Positions 20,677-30,499 of a stretch of DNA of 64,000 nucleotides are shown here, piece after piece (the stretch's first letter is position 1; every line of letters starts with the position of its first letter). The translations under genes and the position numbers were made by a program. Under the pieces are notes generated by a model, which did no database searches, was not told where the DNA came from, and was given only the letters and a program-made list of their open reading frames with translations. The DNA comes from Porphyridium purpureum (taxonomy: Eukaryota): assembly GCA_008690995.1 (NCBI GenBank), contig VRMN01000002.1, positions 496,001 to 560,000 of the forward strand, in the 5' to 3' direction.

Positions 20677-22092
20677 ATGCAAGCGGGGCTACTTGCGAGA
20701 GTCTCACGCCGCGTGATTAATCTTCAGTGCTGCGCCATGGCGGCGAATGCGATGGATGTAAGGATGACGTCGCGTGCCGTGGCGGCGCGCAGCGCGGACG
20801 CGCGTCAACTGACTGCATTTGGGTGTTCGGCGGTGAATGCGACCTTCGACGTGCCGGGCGTGAGGAGCATATCGTGCTTCAGATCAGCATTGCGCAAAAA
20901 TTCGACATTGGCGCAGGCGGGTTCTTGGACGAGCAGCCGAGCACTTCTAGCCCAGGCTCAAGAGCTGGTCCAGTTGAGGAATGCCGGTAAGTTTATGAGA
21001 GAGAAGCCGTCACGGCTTGCGGAGCTTGACATGATGGCGGGCAGGCCAAGTAGGCCGAGAAAGTCGCCCTCACCCAGGGACGGAGGAGACAAGGAAGGCC
21101 GAAACTTTAAAGACAAATTTCGCAGCGCTGGGTCGCCCCCGGCGGCTTCGGGCCGGCCGAGGAAGGCCGAGTTCAGTGCCAAGCAAATCGAAGGCATGGC
21201 AAGTCAAGCTCGCGCGCGGAATGGGCAGTCCCGTGGGAAGAAGAGAGTGCCAATTAATACCTCCCGATTGGCGCGCGGAGGAACGGTGCAAGTGAATCGG
21301 GATCTAAGCAGAAATATCAGGCTGAGCCATTATATCGCCCGGACCGGTGCTGCATCGCGCCGCGCCGCCGAGAAACTGATCGAGGAAGGTCATGTCACGG
21401 TGAATGGAAAGCAAGTTAAGGAACAAATGCTTGTGAATCCGACCACAGTGGAGGTCACGGTCAAAGGACAGAAGCTGATGTTGCGTCAACGTGCAATTTG
21501 GGTGATGGTGAACAAACCGAAAGGTTATATTTCCACTTCAAATGATCCAAATGATCGTAAGACGGTGATGGATCTCGTACCTTTTGCCCGCCGCGATGGC
21601 CTGGTGGCCGTGGGCAGGCTGGACCGCGACAGCACGGGTCTACTGCTGATGACAAATGACCTGAGATTTGTCAACCTATTGACGCATCCCAGGTACGAGC
21701 ATACGAAAAAGTATAGGGCAGAAATATCTGGTGTTTTGTCGGCTCCTGATGCGTACCGTCTTGCATCCGGTATCTTATTGGATGGTGAGGAGAGAAAAAC
21801 AGCCCCGTGTGGAATTTCATTTATTGAGCATAGGAAAGACGGAAAGGAAGTGTCTACGGTACTGGAGGTGGAGCTGAAGGAGGGACGACGGCAGCAGATC
21901 AGGCGCATGTTCGAAGCCGTGAATCGTCCGGTTGTCCGACTGCACCGATTTGAGTTTGCTGGGCTAGAGCTGAAGCAGACCAAACGCGGAGAATACAAGG
22001 TGCTCAGTTCCTCAGATATTGCATTTGTTCAGAAACAAGCTCTTAGGAACGAAGAAAAGAAAAAGGCTCAGGCCAGGAAGGAGCAGTCATAG
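20677..22092 (+). CDS. Organellar RluB/RsuA-family rRNA pseudouridine synthase (S4 + catalytic domain)
   Basis: S4 (SRRAAEKLI..G.VTVNG), NKPKGY, VGRLDRDSTGLLLMTND, EGRRQQIRRM. Long N-terminal targeting extension. Confidence 0.93.
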   Translation: MQAGLLARVSRRVINLQCCAMAANAMDVRMTSRAVAARSADARQLTAFGCSAVNATFDVPGVRSISCFRSALRKNSTLAQAGSWTSSRALLAQAQELVQLRNAGKFMREKPSRLAELDMMAGRPSRPRKSPSPRDGGDKEGRNFKDKFRSAGSPPAASGRPRKAEFSAKQIEGMASQARARNGQSRGKKRVPINTSRLARGGTVQVNRDLSRNIRLSHYIARTGAASRRAAEKLIEEGHVTVNGKQVKEQMLVNPTTVEVTVKGQKLMLRQRAIWVMVNKPKGYISTSNDPNDRKTVMDLVPFARRDGLVAVGRLDRDSTGLLLMTNDLRFVNLLTHPRYEHTKKYRAEISGVLSAPDAYRLASGILLDGEERKTAPCGISFIEHRKDGKEVSTVLEVELKEGRRQQIRRMFEAVNRPVVRLHRFEFAGLELKQTKRGEYKVLSSSDIAFVQKQALRNEEKKKAQARKEQS

Positions 22093-22378
22093 AACATTAG
22101 ATACGCTTCATTTTTGTCTGCAAAGCAAGATGCTGATTTTCGGTTCCAGGTCAGAGCCACATTTTCCTCCTGTCATCGTGGATGGACGTTTGCGCCTCGT
22201 TCGTATTTTGTCGCAGCTATCCGAGCGGCGGCGTCGGGACCTGCCCACCTCGCAGTTGACGCGGCAGGCACACTGGTAAGTACAGTAAAGTACAGTTTCG
22301 GAAGGGAAGAGGAAGGCGAGAAGCGCGCGACACACGGACAAACGACGATCGCGCACGTAGCGAGCCTTGCGCGTCGTG

Positions 22379-22993
22379 ATGAAGCGCGTGAAAGGGGCTG
22401 TCTTTGTGCAGCCGATTGTGTATGGCTCTGTGTCTACTTGGCAGGGCCCGGACGCGGACCAGTTCAAGGCGCACCACTGGTATATCTTTGTGCGCGGGCT
22501 GTACCACGAGGATCTTTCCTACTTTGTGGACCACGTCGAGTTTGTGCTGCACGAGACGCTACAGCCGCCAGTCCGCATCGTCAGGGAACCCCCGTATGAA
22601 ATCGAGGACTACGGCTGGGGCGAATTTGAAGTCATTATTCGCATCCATTTTAAAGACAAGCTCGAGAAGCCAGCGGACATGTATCACATGCTGAAACTGT
22701 TTTCCCTCACTGGCGAGAAGCTCACGACAACACCCGTCGTCTCAGACCACTATGATGAGCTGGTGTTCATTGAGCCGCCAGAGAAGCTGCTCAGCATACT
22801 GGAAAAGGGCACTGACAAGAAGGTGACGAGCGCACTTGGAAAGTTTACCTCGGACTTTATCGCACAGGAACAGGAAGATACAAGCAAGGTTCAGGCGGCG
22901 AGGCGGCTGGTGCAAGCGCACTCACATAAATTGCAGGGTCGTCTTGAGGAGCTGGATAAGGAGGCGGCCTTGTTGCGATACCAAGTTGACTGA
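22379..22993 (+). CDS. YAF9: YEATS-domain protein Yaf9/GAS41
   Basis: PIVYGS, H.WYIFVRG, F.LHET, PPYEI...GWGEFE, YDELVF..P, C-terminal coiled coil. Confidence 0.93.
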   Translation: MKRVKGAVFVQPIVYGSVSTWQGPDADQFKAHHWYIFVRGLYHEDLSYFVDHVEFVLHETLQPPVRIVREPPYEIEDYGWGEFEVIIRIHFKDKLEKPADMYHMLKLFSLTGEKLTTTPVVSDHYDELVFIEPPEKLLSILEKGTDKKVTSALGKFTSDFIAQEQEDTSKVQAARRLVQAHSHKLQGRLEELDKEAALLRYQVD

Positions 22994-23136
22994 ACCATTC
23001 AAATACATTCTCCTCCACACTGAAGGCTCTAGCGCAACGAATTCTCATGGTTCGCCGGATGCCTGTCTCCAGAATCTGCTGTATTGTGCCGGATGCGATC
23101 TTGTGCTCTCACTCCATTGTAAAATGATTTGCGTTT

Positions 23137-24540
23137 ATGTCTCTTCGCCCGAACAATTCCTTTAAAAACCGAGATGAAGGTGTTGATTTCTTCTGGATCC
23201 CTCAAAGCACTTCGACCGGAGGACCCCTTGATCTTGAACACGTGCATGCGACGAGCATGCGCGGGCACCGCTTCATGCTGCTGCGGGAGTATATCCATCG
23301 CAGTCTGTATGAAGAAGGCAAAGGGTACTTCCAGAACACAGCTCCGCCCGTGGCTGCGATGCGTGCGCCGATCGATTTCAGCGAACTCGCAGGGCGATCG
23401 GACTACGAACGGGAAATCGGGAAGGCGTACGCAGTCGACATTGACCGATCATCGTGGCTGACTCCAGCGGAAATATTCCAGCCCTACTATGCCTATGCCA
23501 TTGCCCGGAGAATCGAGCGCGCTCACTTGGCACGGCGAACAGGTGGCACGCGTCGCTCGGACAAGCCGGACGGCCATCTGTGTCTGGTAGTAGAGATTGG
23601 AGCAGGTACAGGCACACTGGCGCATGGTATTTTGACATATCTGCGCAGTGTGTGCGGCTTGAACGCAAAGTACATACTTGTGGAGATCAGCTCGTCGTGT
23701 ATTGCCTTGCAGAAGCAGCGTTTGCAAGAATTCATGCCGTCTAAGCAAGTGCAGTGGATTCAGAAGTGCGCCACAATGCTCCAGCCGGATGATTTCAAGC
23801 CACTCGGTGTGGCACTGGATGAGGCGCACGTTGTGGCCACCGAAGTTCTGGACAATATGCCGCATGACTGCATTGTTTACGATGAAAACTCCAAAGGCTA
23901 TTTGCAGACCGTTGTGGAGGCTAGGCACGGAACAGGCGTACTGCCCCTCGTGTTCCCAACATTGCATCGCTTCCCGCTTGAAGATGGGCCGATTCAAAGG
24001 GCACTTGGTGTATGGTTTAGTGCGGACAGGGAGATCGTGTCTCCATTTCCGTGGCACGAGTGGATCAAGCAAATTTTCCACTCCATTTTGCCAAACGACA
24101 AATACTCTGCCCAGCAAATATTCATTCCAACCATGACCGTGAAGCTTCTTGATGCGATCAAGCGTTGCTTCCGGAACCACCTGACTTTAACATTTGCAGA
24201 TTTCGACTACTTGCCGAACACGCTCCCAGGGGAAGACGGACCGCTCATCCAAATGCGCCAACACAAGCATACCATTCCGTTTTCAGCTTTTGAGGACGCG
24301 CCCATGTATAAGTGCGATATCATGTTTCCCACCAATTTCCATTACTTCCAGAGCGCGGTGCAATCGATCTTTTCGGATCAACGGACGCATGTGGAAGTGA
24401 TGAAATCGGACCAGTTCATTCGGCAGCACAATGGGGACAAAAGTGGAACGCAAACTCTCAGCGGGTACGACCCACTTCTAGACGACTTTAAGAACACGAG
24501 CTTCTTGCTTGGAACACTGGAAAAAGAGAATGAAGAGTAG
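23137..24540 (+). CDS. NDUFAF7/MidA-like SAM-dependent methyltransferase
   Basis: R.YI..SLY....GYF, TPAEIFQPYY, VEIGAGTGTLA, EVLDNMPHD, DFD.LP, DI.FPT.F. The true start may be downstream. Confidence 0.85.
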   Translation: MSLRPNNSFKNRDEGVDFFWIPQSTSTGGPLDLEHVHATSMRGHRFMLLREYIHRSLYEEGKGYFQNTAPPVAAMRAPIDFSELAGRSDYEREIGKAYAVDIDRSSWLTPAEIFQPYYAYAIARRIERAHLARRTGGTRRSDKPDGHLCLVVEIGAGTGTLAHGILTYLRSVCGLNAKYILVEISSSCIALQKQRLQEFMPSKQVQWIQKCATMLQPDDFKPLGVALDEAHVVATEVLDNMPHDCIVYDENSKGYLQTVVEARHGTGVLPLVFPTLHRFPLEDGPIQRALGVWFSADREIVSPFPWHEWIKQIFHSILPNDKYSAQQIFIPTMTVKLLDAIKRCFRNHLTLTFADFDYLPNTLPGEDGPLIQMRQHKHTIPFSAFEDAPMYKCDIMFPTNFHYFQSAVQSIFSDQRTHVEVMKSDQFIRQHNGDKSGTQTLSGYDPLLDDFKNTSFLLGTLEKENEE

Positions 24541-24563
24541 CTGTGAACCCTCAGCGCCCGATT

Positions 24564-25181
24564 TTATTCTTGTTGATCTACAGCAGAGGACGTTTCTACC
24601 ACGGTCATTTTGAGACTTATAGAACTTCGCATGCGACCGAGGTCCGCAGCGAATGCGCTCGAGTCATTGTGCCTCAGATACTGGCATTCGAGCGGTAGCT
24701 CTTCACTCACGATGGTAGATGAATCCTGCCCTGGGCTAGCGGCAGGGTTCTTGAGGCTACCTCGCACTTTTCTAGCAATGACGAGGCAGTCCAGGACCGG
24801 CATGTTTACCGTACACCATTCTGGGTCCTCACAATTGCCTTCGCTTGACTTGAACAACTCGCTTGGTGGGTGCGCTACGAAGGCATCTAATCTGGGCGGA
24901 ACCCGTCTCTTCCATCTCACGGGTTCCAACGGCCACAATCGAAGACGACGGACCATCTGGATTGCTTCCCTCTGGCTGAGCAGATGAAACTCATTGCGAC
25001 CAGGATGTGGCTGCATTGCTCCACCTGCGTCGAAGACCGGGCGCGAGCACGATACGGTCCTTGTCATGGAATCATCATCTGCCTGGCGCGGCAGAAATGG
25101 CAGAAGCACGCACACCCAGACGGTGATTCCCACGCACGCGCCGCACAAGTACATCCACCGAGACAGCGCCATCCCGGCCAT
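24564..25181 (-). CDS. Hypothetical protein with N-terminal signal or transmembrane segment
   Basis: 205-aa ATG ORF filling the gap between neighbours, with a hydrophobic N-terminus. No family recognised. Confidence 0.55.
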   Translation of the reverse strand: MAGMALSRWMYLCGACVGITVWVCVLLPFLPRQADDDSMTRTVSCSRPVFDAGGAMQPHPGRNEFHLLSQREAIQMVRRLRLWPLEPVRWKRRVPPRLDAFVAHPPSELFKSSEGNCEDPEWCTVNMPVLDCLVIARKVRGSLKNPAASPGQDSSTIVSEELPLECQYLRHNDSSAFAADLGRMRSSISLKMTVVETSSAVDQQE

Positions 25182-25457
25182 TGTAACTGCGCGATCGAAG
25201 GAGAGTGCTGCTGCGGTCAGTCATCGCCCATGCGGCCCGTACGTTGCGTTCAACGTGCTGGTCGTTGTGGGCGCGTGCGCGCACGCAAGCAGCAGCCCCA
25301 TGCCCGCGAGACATCATCACACCCAGCCGCGGTACAGTTGCCGAGATCGTGCACGCATTATGGTACAGTTGCGGGTCGCTTCAGCACTGGACGCGAAGGA
25401 GCGGGCGTGTGACATTGGCGAAGAGCAACAGGAGCGAGGAGGGAGCAGCGCGTTGCG

Positions 25458-26534
25458 ATGGAACCAGCAAGAAGCGCGCAAGGCGGACCTGCTGATGCGG
25501 TCGACGCTAGGCGAGCGTGGGAGCTGGCGAATGAAGTGCGTGAGGTGGACCCGGGCGCCGCGGCGCAGCCGGCGGCGTCCCAGGTGGCTGACGCTCGGTA
25601 CCGCTGGGATGAAGGCGAGCAGAGACAAGCCTTGGAGGCGAAGCCATGGACGAGAGACCCGCACTATTTTCAGAAAGTGCACATTTCCGCCATTGCGTTG
25701 ATCAAGATGGTTATGCACGCGCGCTCGGGCGGCTCGATTGAAGTGATGGGCTCCATGCAGGGCAAGATTGAAGGGAACGCTTTCGTAATTATGGACGCAT
25801 TCCCGCTGCCCGTTGAAGGCACGGAAACACGCGTCAATGCACAGGCCGACGGATATGAATTCATGGTAGCGTACCAGGAGAAGAGCAGTCAAGTGGTGCG
25901 CAATGAGAACGTGGTGGGCTGGTATCACTCGCATCCGGGCTACGGGTGCTGGCTTTCTGGGATCGATGTCCAAACGCAGAAATCGAATCAAACTTTTCAG
26001 GATCCGTTCTTGGCCGTCGTCATTGATCCAATACGCACAATGTCAGCGGGCAAAGTTGATATTGGAGCTTTCCGCACGTATCCTGTGGGCTACACTCCAC
26101 AAGACGACGGAGGCAGCCGAGAGTACCAATCTGTGCCCATGGATAAGATTGAGGATTTTGGATTTCACGCGAAGGATTATTATGCGCTTGAAATTAGCTA
26201 TTTTAAGTCTCGGCTTGACGCAGCGCTTCTAGATGCGTTGTGGAATAAGTACTGGGCATCCACTTTGTCTTCTGCCGTGACAATCCAAAACCGTGATTTT
26301 GAGGCGCGTGAAATCAGTGACATCGCACGAAAAATCGGCAGTGCACACTCCCAGCTGGTTTCAGGCAGCCAGAATCGACTCGGCGGGTATATTGTACCAG
26401 ACCGGTCGAAAAACAAGGAGAACAAGCTGGACCGTATCCGCGTGGATGTCTGCCAGCTCGCTCGCGAGGAAACAAATTCGCTGTTGGGTCTCACCATGAA
26501 GGAACTGCTGTTCCGGAATTCAGATGACCCATAG
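25458..26534 (+). CDS. CSN5: COP9 signalosome subunit 5 (JAMM deneddylase)
   Basis: [59 protein letters not shown]. Confidence 0.97.
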   Translation: MEPARSAQGGPADAVDARRAWELANEVREVDPGAAAQPAASQVADARYRWDEGEQRQALEAKPWTRDPHYFQKVHISAIALIKMVMHARSGGSIEVMGSMQGKIEGNAFVIMDAFPLPVEGTETRVNAQADGYEFMVAYQEKSSQVVRNENVVGWYHSHPGYGCWLSGIDVQTQKSNQTFQDPFLAVVIDPIRTMSAGKVDIGAFRTYPVGYTPQDDGGSREYQSVPMDKIEDFGFHAKDYYALEISYFKSRLDAALLDALWNKYWASTLSSAVTIQNRDFEAREISDIARKIGSAHSQLVSGSQNRLGGYIVPDRSKNKENKLDRIRVDVCQLAREETNSLLGLTMKELLFRNSDDP

Positions 26535-27103
26535 CGCGTCGGCCTCGGCGCAGCCTTGTGCGTCCGTCACCGCGGAAGTCTTCATAATTTCAGTGCTTGC
26601 CGTAATCTGTAGTTCCAGCTCCATGAATCTGTTTGCGCGCGAGTACGCGTGCGGAAAATGCGTTTCAAATAAGAGGGTGTTGAGGTCTTTGATTCAAGGC
26701 TCACTGTGTCAAGTTGTCACATGGTTTGCAGGTTTTACGGCTTTCTTTTTCCGCAGTGCGCGGCGTCCTGGAAAACACAGCTTGCATCGAACAGCGCATC
26801 AGACAGACGGATATGCCTCTAGATCACGCAGACAAGTCGCTGTCCCTTTCACAGCACTTGCGCACGACCAACGCACAAATGTAAAGTACAGTCCGAAGCA
26901 CTGTACTTTCTGCCCAAATTCACTGCTGCCGACGTCGCCACGGTGGACGCGGTGGACGAGGTGGGCATGTGGGCGCTTGCACCTGCCTCATGTCCCTTGC
27001 CGGTGGCCAGCCCATGGTACCACGGTGCTTAAAATATAGCGCTGGCCTGACGTCTAGACTGTGGTGATGCTGACGCGCCACAGAGAACGACGCTTGTGAT
27101 AGC

Positions 27104-29524
27104 ATGGGATACGTGAAGCGCAAGGCGGGCGCCAAATCGCGCAACACGAAAAAGGCGCGCCACGCAAAGCAAACACTGGTGAAGCATGCGGTGGAACGCG
27201 AGCGAATGGATCCGTTCATGAGTAAAGACTTGTTGGCGAGTGGCCATGACAAGCGTTTCCGCTCTGAAGCGAGTGATGAGGAGATAGAAGCCGAGGACGG
27301 TGTCGAACAATATGAGGAGGACGGCGACAGGCCTGTTCAAACTGGTGCGTCAGCAGTAAGAAATTTGTTGGCTGTCCTTCCGACCCCTCAAGGAATTGAC
27401 TCGTCGCGGGAGACGGATGAAGAGGGCAGTGCTTATTCAGGTGGAGAATCTGATGTCGGGAAGGATATTCGTCAGAATGGTACCGAATTGAATTGTGCTG
27501 AGGAAGAGGCAAGTACCGACGACGATGTCAATGATTTCACGGCGGAGGGCGAGACAGAAGACGGCGCGAATTATGACTGTCTTCTTGAAGCTTCCGTGCC
27601 GGAAGACGATGCAGATCACCAGAATACAGGTCAAAATGAACCGTCCTGGGTAGAGGTCGCGACTCTATCTTCCTTACGGTCAGATCCAGAAAGCGTCACC
27701 GTAAACGTCTACTCAAAGGATGGCCGGGCGAACAGGGAAAATGAAGCAAGACAAGAACGGACGGACACCGCGTTTCTTAGCACGGGATGTACTTCGAGCC
27801 GATTGCTATATATGCCTCAGAATATCTCACGCAGGTGGGCACGGCTCGAGTGGACTCCCAAACGACTGCGGTCTCTGATTTCGAGGCTCTTTGCGACTGC
27901 CATAGGTACTTACCGCGACACGTTTTGTATTTATCCCATGGAACGTGACGATCTGTGCACTGTTCGACAGCTTTGTGCAGGTCACATTCTGTCGCATCTG
28001 GAGCGAAGTCTAGTCCGAACAAAGCGGAATAGTGCAAAGCTGAAGCAAGCACTTGACGAAGCGCGCCTCTTGGAGGAAAAAAAGAATAATTCCGTCTCGT
28101 TCTCGCATGGTGAGCATATTGAGCATGTTGAAGAAGACGATGGCGCATTGAAAGATCAGGGTTTCACGCGCCCTCGCGTGCTCTTCTTAACGAGCATGCG
28201 AAACAATGCGTATGATCTGGTGAACGCATTTATTTCGCTTTGCTATCCAGACCCAGACCTTGCGGAGAAGCGTGTCCGAAATATTTCGCGTTTTCGAGGA
28301 GAATTCTTGGAAGGCGGCCACGATGTGGTTCCTAGAAGCGACGGCGACGACAGTCTAGCGGAGCATGAGTACCGATTCCGAGGCAATATCGATGATGATT
28401 TTAAATTGGGTATCGCCTACTCGCACAGCGGAGTGAAACTTTTTGCGGACTTTTACGAGTCCGATTGCATTGTTGCGTCCCCACTGGGCCTTGTGCGACT
28501 ATTTGAGTCGGCTGGTTCAAAGGGAGCCATTCATGGAAAGGCCACCAAATTGCAAGAGAAAGGCGGCGCTGTGACGGAATCAAGCAAGTCTATATCTGAT
28601 TTCTTATCATCGATTGAAGTGTGCATCGTCGACGACACGGAAACCCTTTTGATGCAGAATTGGGAGTACGTGCTGACTGTGTTCGAGCGCATGAATAAGA
28701 TTCCACATCGGTCTCGAGAACAAACTGACTATTCGCGAGTGCGCGAGTACTTTTTGAACGGACAGGCGTCATTGCACTGCCAAACCATTTTGTTGGCATC
28801 TTACGAGTCTGCGCTGCTTTCCTCGCTCATGCGGAACATATCGCAGAACCACATGGGTGCGTTGCGAATCGTTCAACAAGTGCACGCGACAATGGGCAGC
28901 GTCAATAACGTGCTCTTACGAGTGCCACAATCGTTTTTAAGGGTGCCGCGGGCGGAGGACCGACTGACCGCAAGTACCGCTCGCTTTGAGTACTTTACGA
29001 AGCAGCTCCTCCAACGAGTCGGATCGATGCCGCGCACTTTAGTGTTTGTGCCTTCATACTTTGATTTTGTGCGAATTCGTAATTACCTGGCTCGGCTGCG
29101 GAAGGATGGCTACTTGTCGACTATTCACAAGGACTTTACGTACGCATGCTTGAGCGAGTACGCGAATCGTCCAGACATGGATCGCGCGAGATCGCGATTC
29201 CTGAGTGGGAGGCTCAGTATGCTGATCTACACCGAGCGCGCACATTTTTTCTACCGCTTTGTGATTCGAGGAGCAAATCATGTGTTCTTTTACGGATTGC
29301 CAGACAACGCTAGATTCTACTCGGAGCTGGTGAACATGCTACAGCCGAATGGCGCAACGCAAGGCCATATTTCGTCGGTTTTGGACAGAACTGGCAGCAA
29401 CGGGCAAAGTGTAACGTGCTTGTTCGACGCATTTGACACGTACGCCCTGAGGCGTGTTGTCGGCGCAGATGCGGCCAAGCGCATGACAAGCCCACACGCC
29501 AAGCCCAACTTCATCATAAAATGA
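27104..29524 (+). CDS. UTP25: U3 snoRNA-associated protein 25 (UTP25/DEF)
   Basis: DQGFTRPRVL, F.GNIDDDF.LG, DFY.SD.IVASPLGL, DFLSSIE, MQNW, PSYFDFVRIRNY, TERAHFF.RF.IRG. Confidence 0.95.
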   Translation: MGYVKRKAGAKSRNTKKARHAKQTLVKHAVERERMDPFMSKDLLASGHDKRFRSEASDEEIEAEDGVEQYEEDGDRPVQTGASAVRNLLAVLPTPQGIDSSRETDEEGSAYSGGESDVGKDIRQNGTELNCAEEEASTDDDVNDFTAEGETEDGANYDCLLEASVPEDDADHQNTGQNEPSWVEVATLSSLRSDPESVTVNVYSKDGRANRENEARQERTDTAFLSTGCTSSRLLYMPQNISRRWARLEWTPKRLRSLISRLFATAIGTYRDTFCIYPMERDDLCTVRQLCAGHILSHLERSLVRTKRNSAKLKQALDEARLLEEKKNNSVSFSHGEHIEHVEEDDGALKDQGFTRPRVLFLTSMRNNAYDLVNAFISLCYPDPDLAEKRVRNISRFRGEFLEGGHDVVPRSDGDDSLAEHEYRFRGNIDDDFKLGIAYSHSGVKLFADFYESDCIVASPLGLVRLFESAGSKGAIHGKATKLQEKGGAVTESSKSISDFLSSIEVCIVDDTETLLMQNWEYVLTVFERMNKIPHRSREQTDYSRVREYFLNGQASLHCQTILLASYESALLSSLMRNISQNHMGALRIVQQVHATMGSVNNVLLRVPQSFLRVPRAEDRLTASTARFEYFTKQLLQRVGSMPRTLVFVPSYFDFVRIRNYLARLRKDGYLSTIHKDFTYACLSEYANRPDMDRARSRFLSGRLSMLIYTERAHFFYRFVIRGANHVFFYGLPDNARFYSELVNMLQPNGATQGHISSVLDRTGSNGQSVTCLFDAFDTYALRRVVGADAAKRMTSPHAKPNFIIK

Positions 29525-30499
29525 ATGAGGTATTGGAATGGTGGAGGGCCTTACGAACGTCACCGTGGGATTTTGAGTTGTTGGAAGCATGCGCTTTAGC
29601 AGAAGAATACACGTCATTACTGGCAGGACATAAATTTCTGCAAGCATTCAGCGTGCACGATAAGTCAGCACCTGGTCGGCGAATGCGGAGCAGTCGAGGT
29701 CACTTCAAGCTGTTGATCCATCGTAGCAGCGTGCCCTGATCCGCTCAGCCATCTGCCTCGAACCGTTCCGCTTCCCCAAGTGTTTGCCTCTCGCCGTTTT
29801 CCTGGTTCCAATGCCTACCTCATCGCGACCGACTACCGTTTACACCTGGCGCCATTTTTGTGTGAATTTATGCTCCACCTTTTCGACCGTGCCAATGCCA
29901 GAAAGGATGTCTCGTGCTTCGAAACCTCTGCAGGACCCACAAGGCAGCCACTGTGAATCCAGTGGCAAAGTCGCAGGCAGTATGGAGCATGAGCCACTGC
30001 TGCGCTGATGTCTTTCTTCTTTCCTTTCACGGAGGGCCTAGCCTTTGCATTCCGAACACAACGCTGTCCCCGCAGCAGTCTGCTTGCCGCGGACGACCAT
30101 CACCGCGCGTCCGTCTCGCCGCGCTCAACCCATGGCGGCTCTCCCGCACATGTCGCGCTGCCCCCGCGTCCTCAGCGCAGAAGCACAGCGAGCTGCGCAC
30201 AAGAAACAACTCTCACTGTACCACATCACTGTACTCATTGCCACCACAACACCAGCGGAGAATGTATAGTAAAATGCAGCCGTTTTATGATACCCGAGCC
30301 GCGGGCGCGCGGGACGTGACTTGCGCGGAATTGTCGGGTTTCGCGTGCTGCCATGCAGGGATGAACAAGGAGGCCGTGATGCTTGTGGGGTGCGGCATAG
30401 CGGCTGGATAAGGACAGGTAGGGTCTCTGCTGTGCATCGAGACAGCCGGGGCCGCGCCTTTCGAAGAGGCGCAGCGCGTGCTGGGATTGTGAAGGCACG

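Noticed and set aside
22276..22360. Possible GTAAGT...TAG intron upstream of YAF9
   Set aside because: No upstream coding exon could be joined. At most a 5' UTR intron, and unsupported.
26540..27100. Possible small spliced minus-strand gene between CSN5 and UTP25
   Set aside because: The candidate exons gave no phase-consistent, protein-like product.
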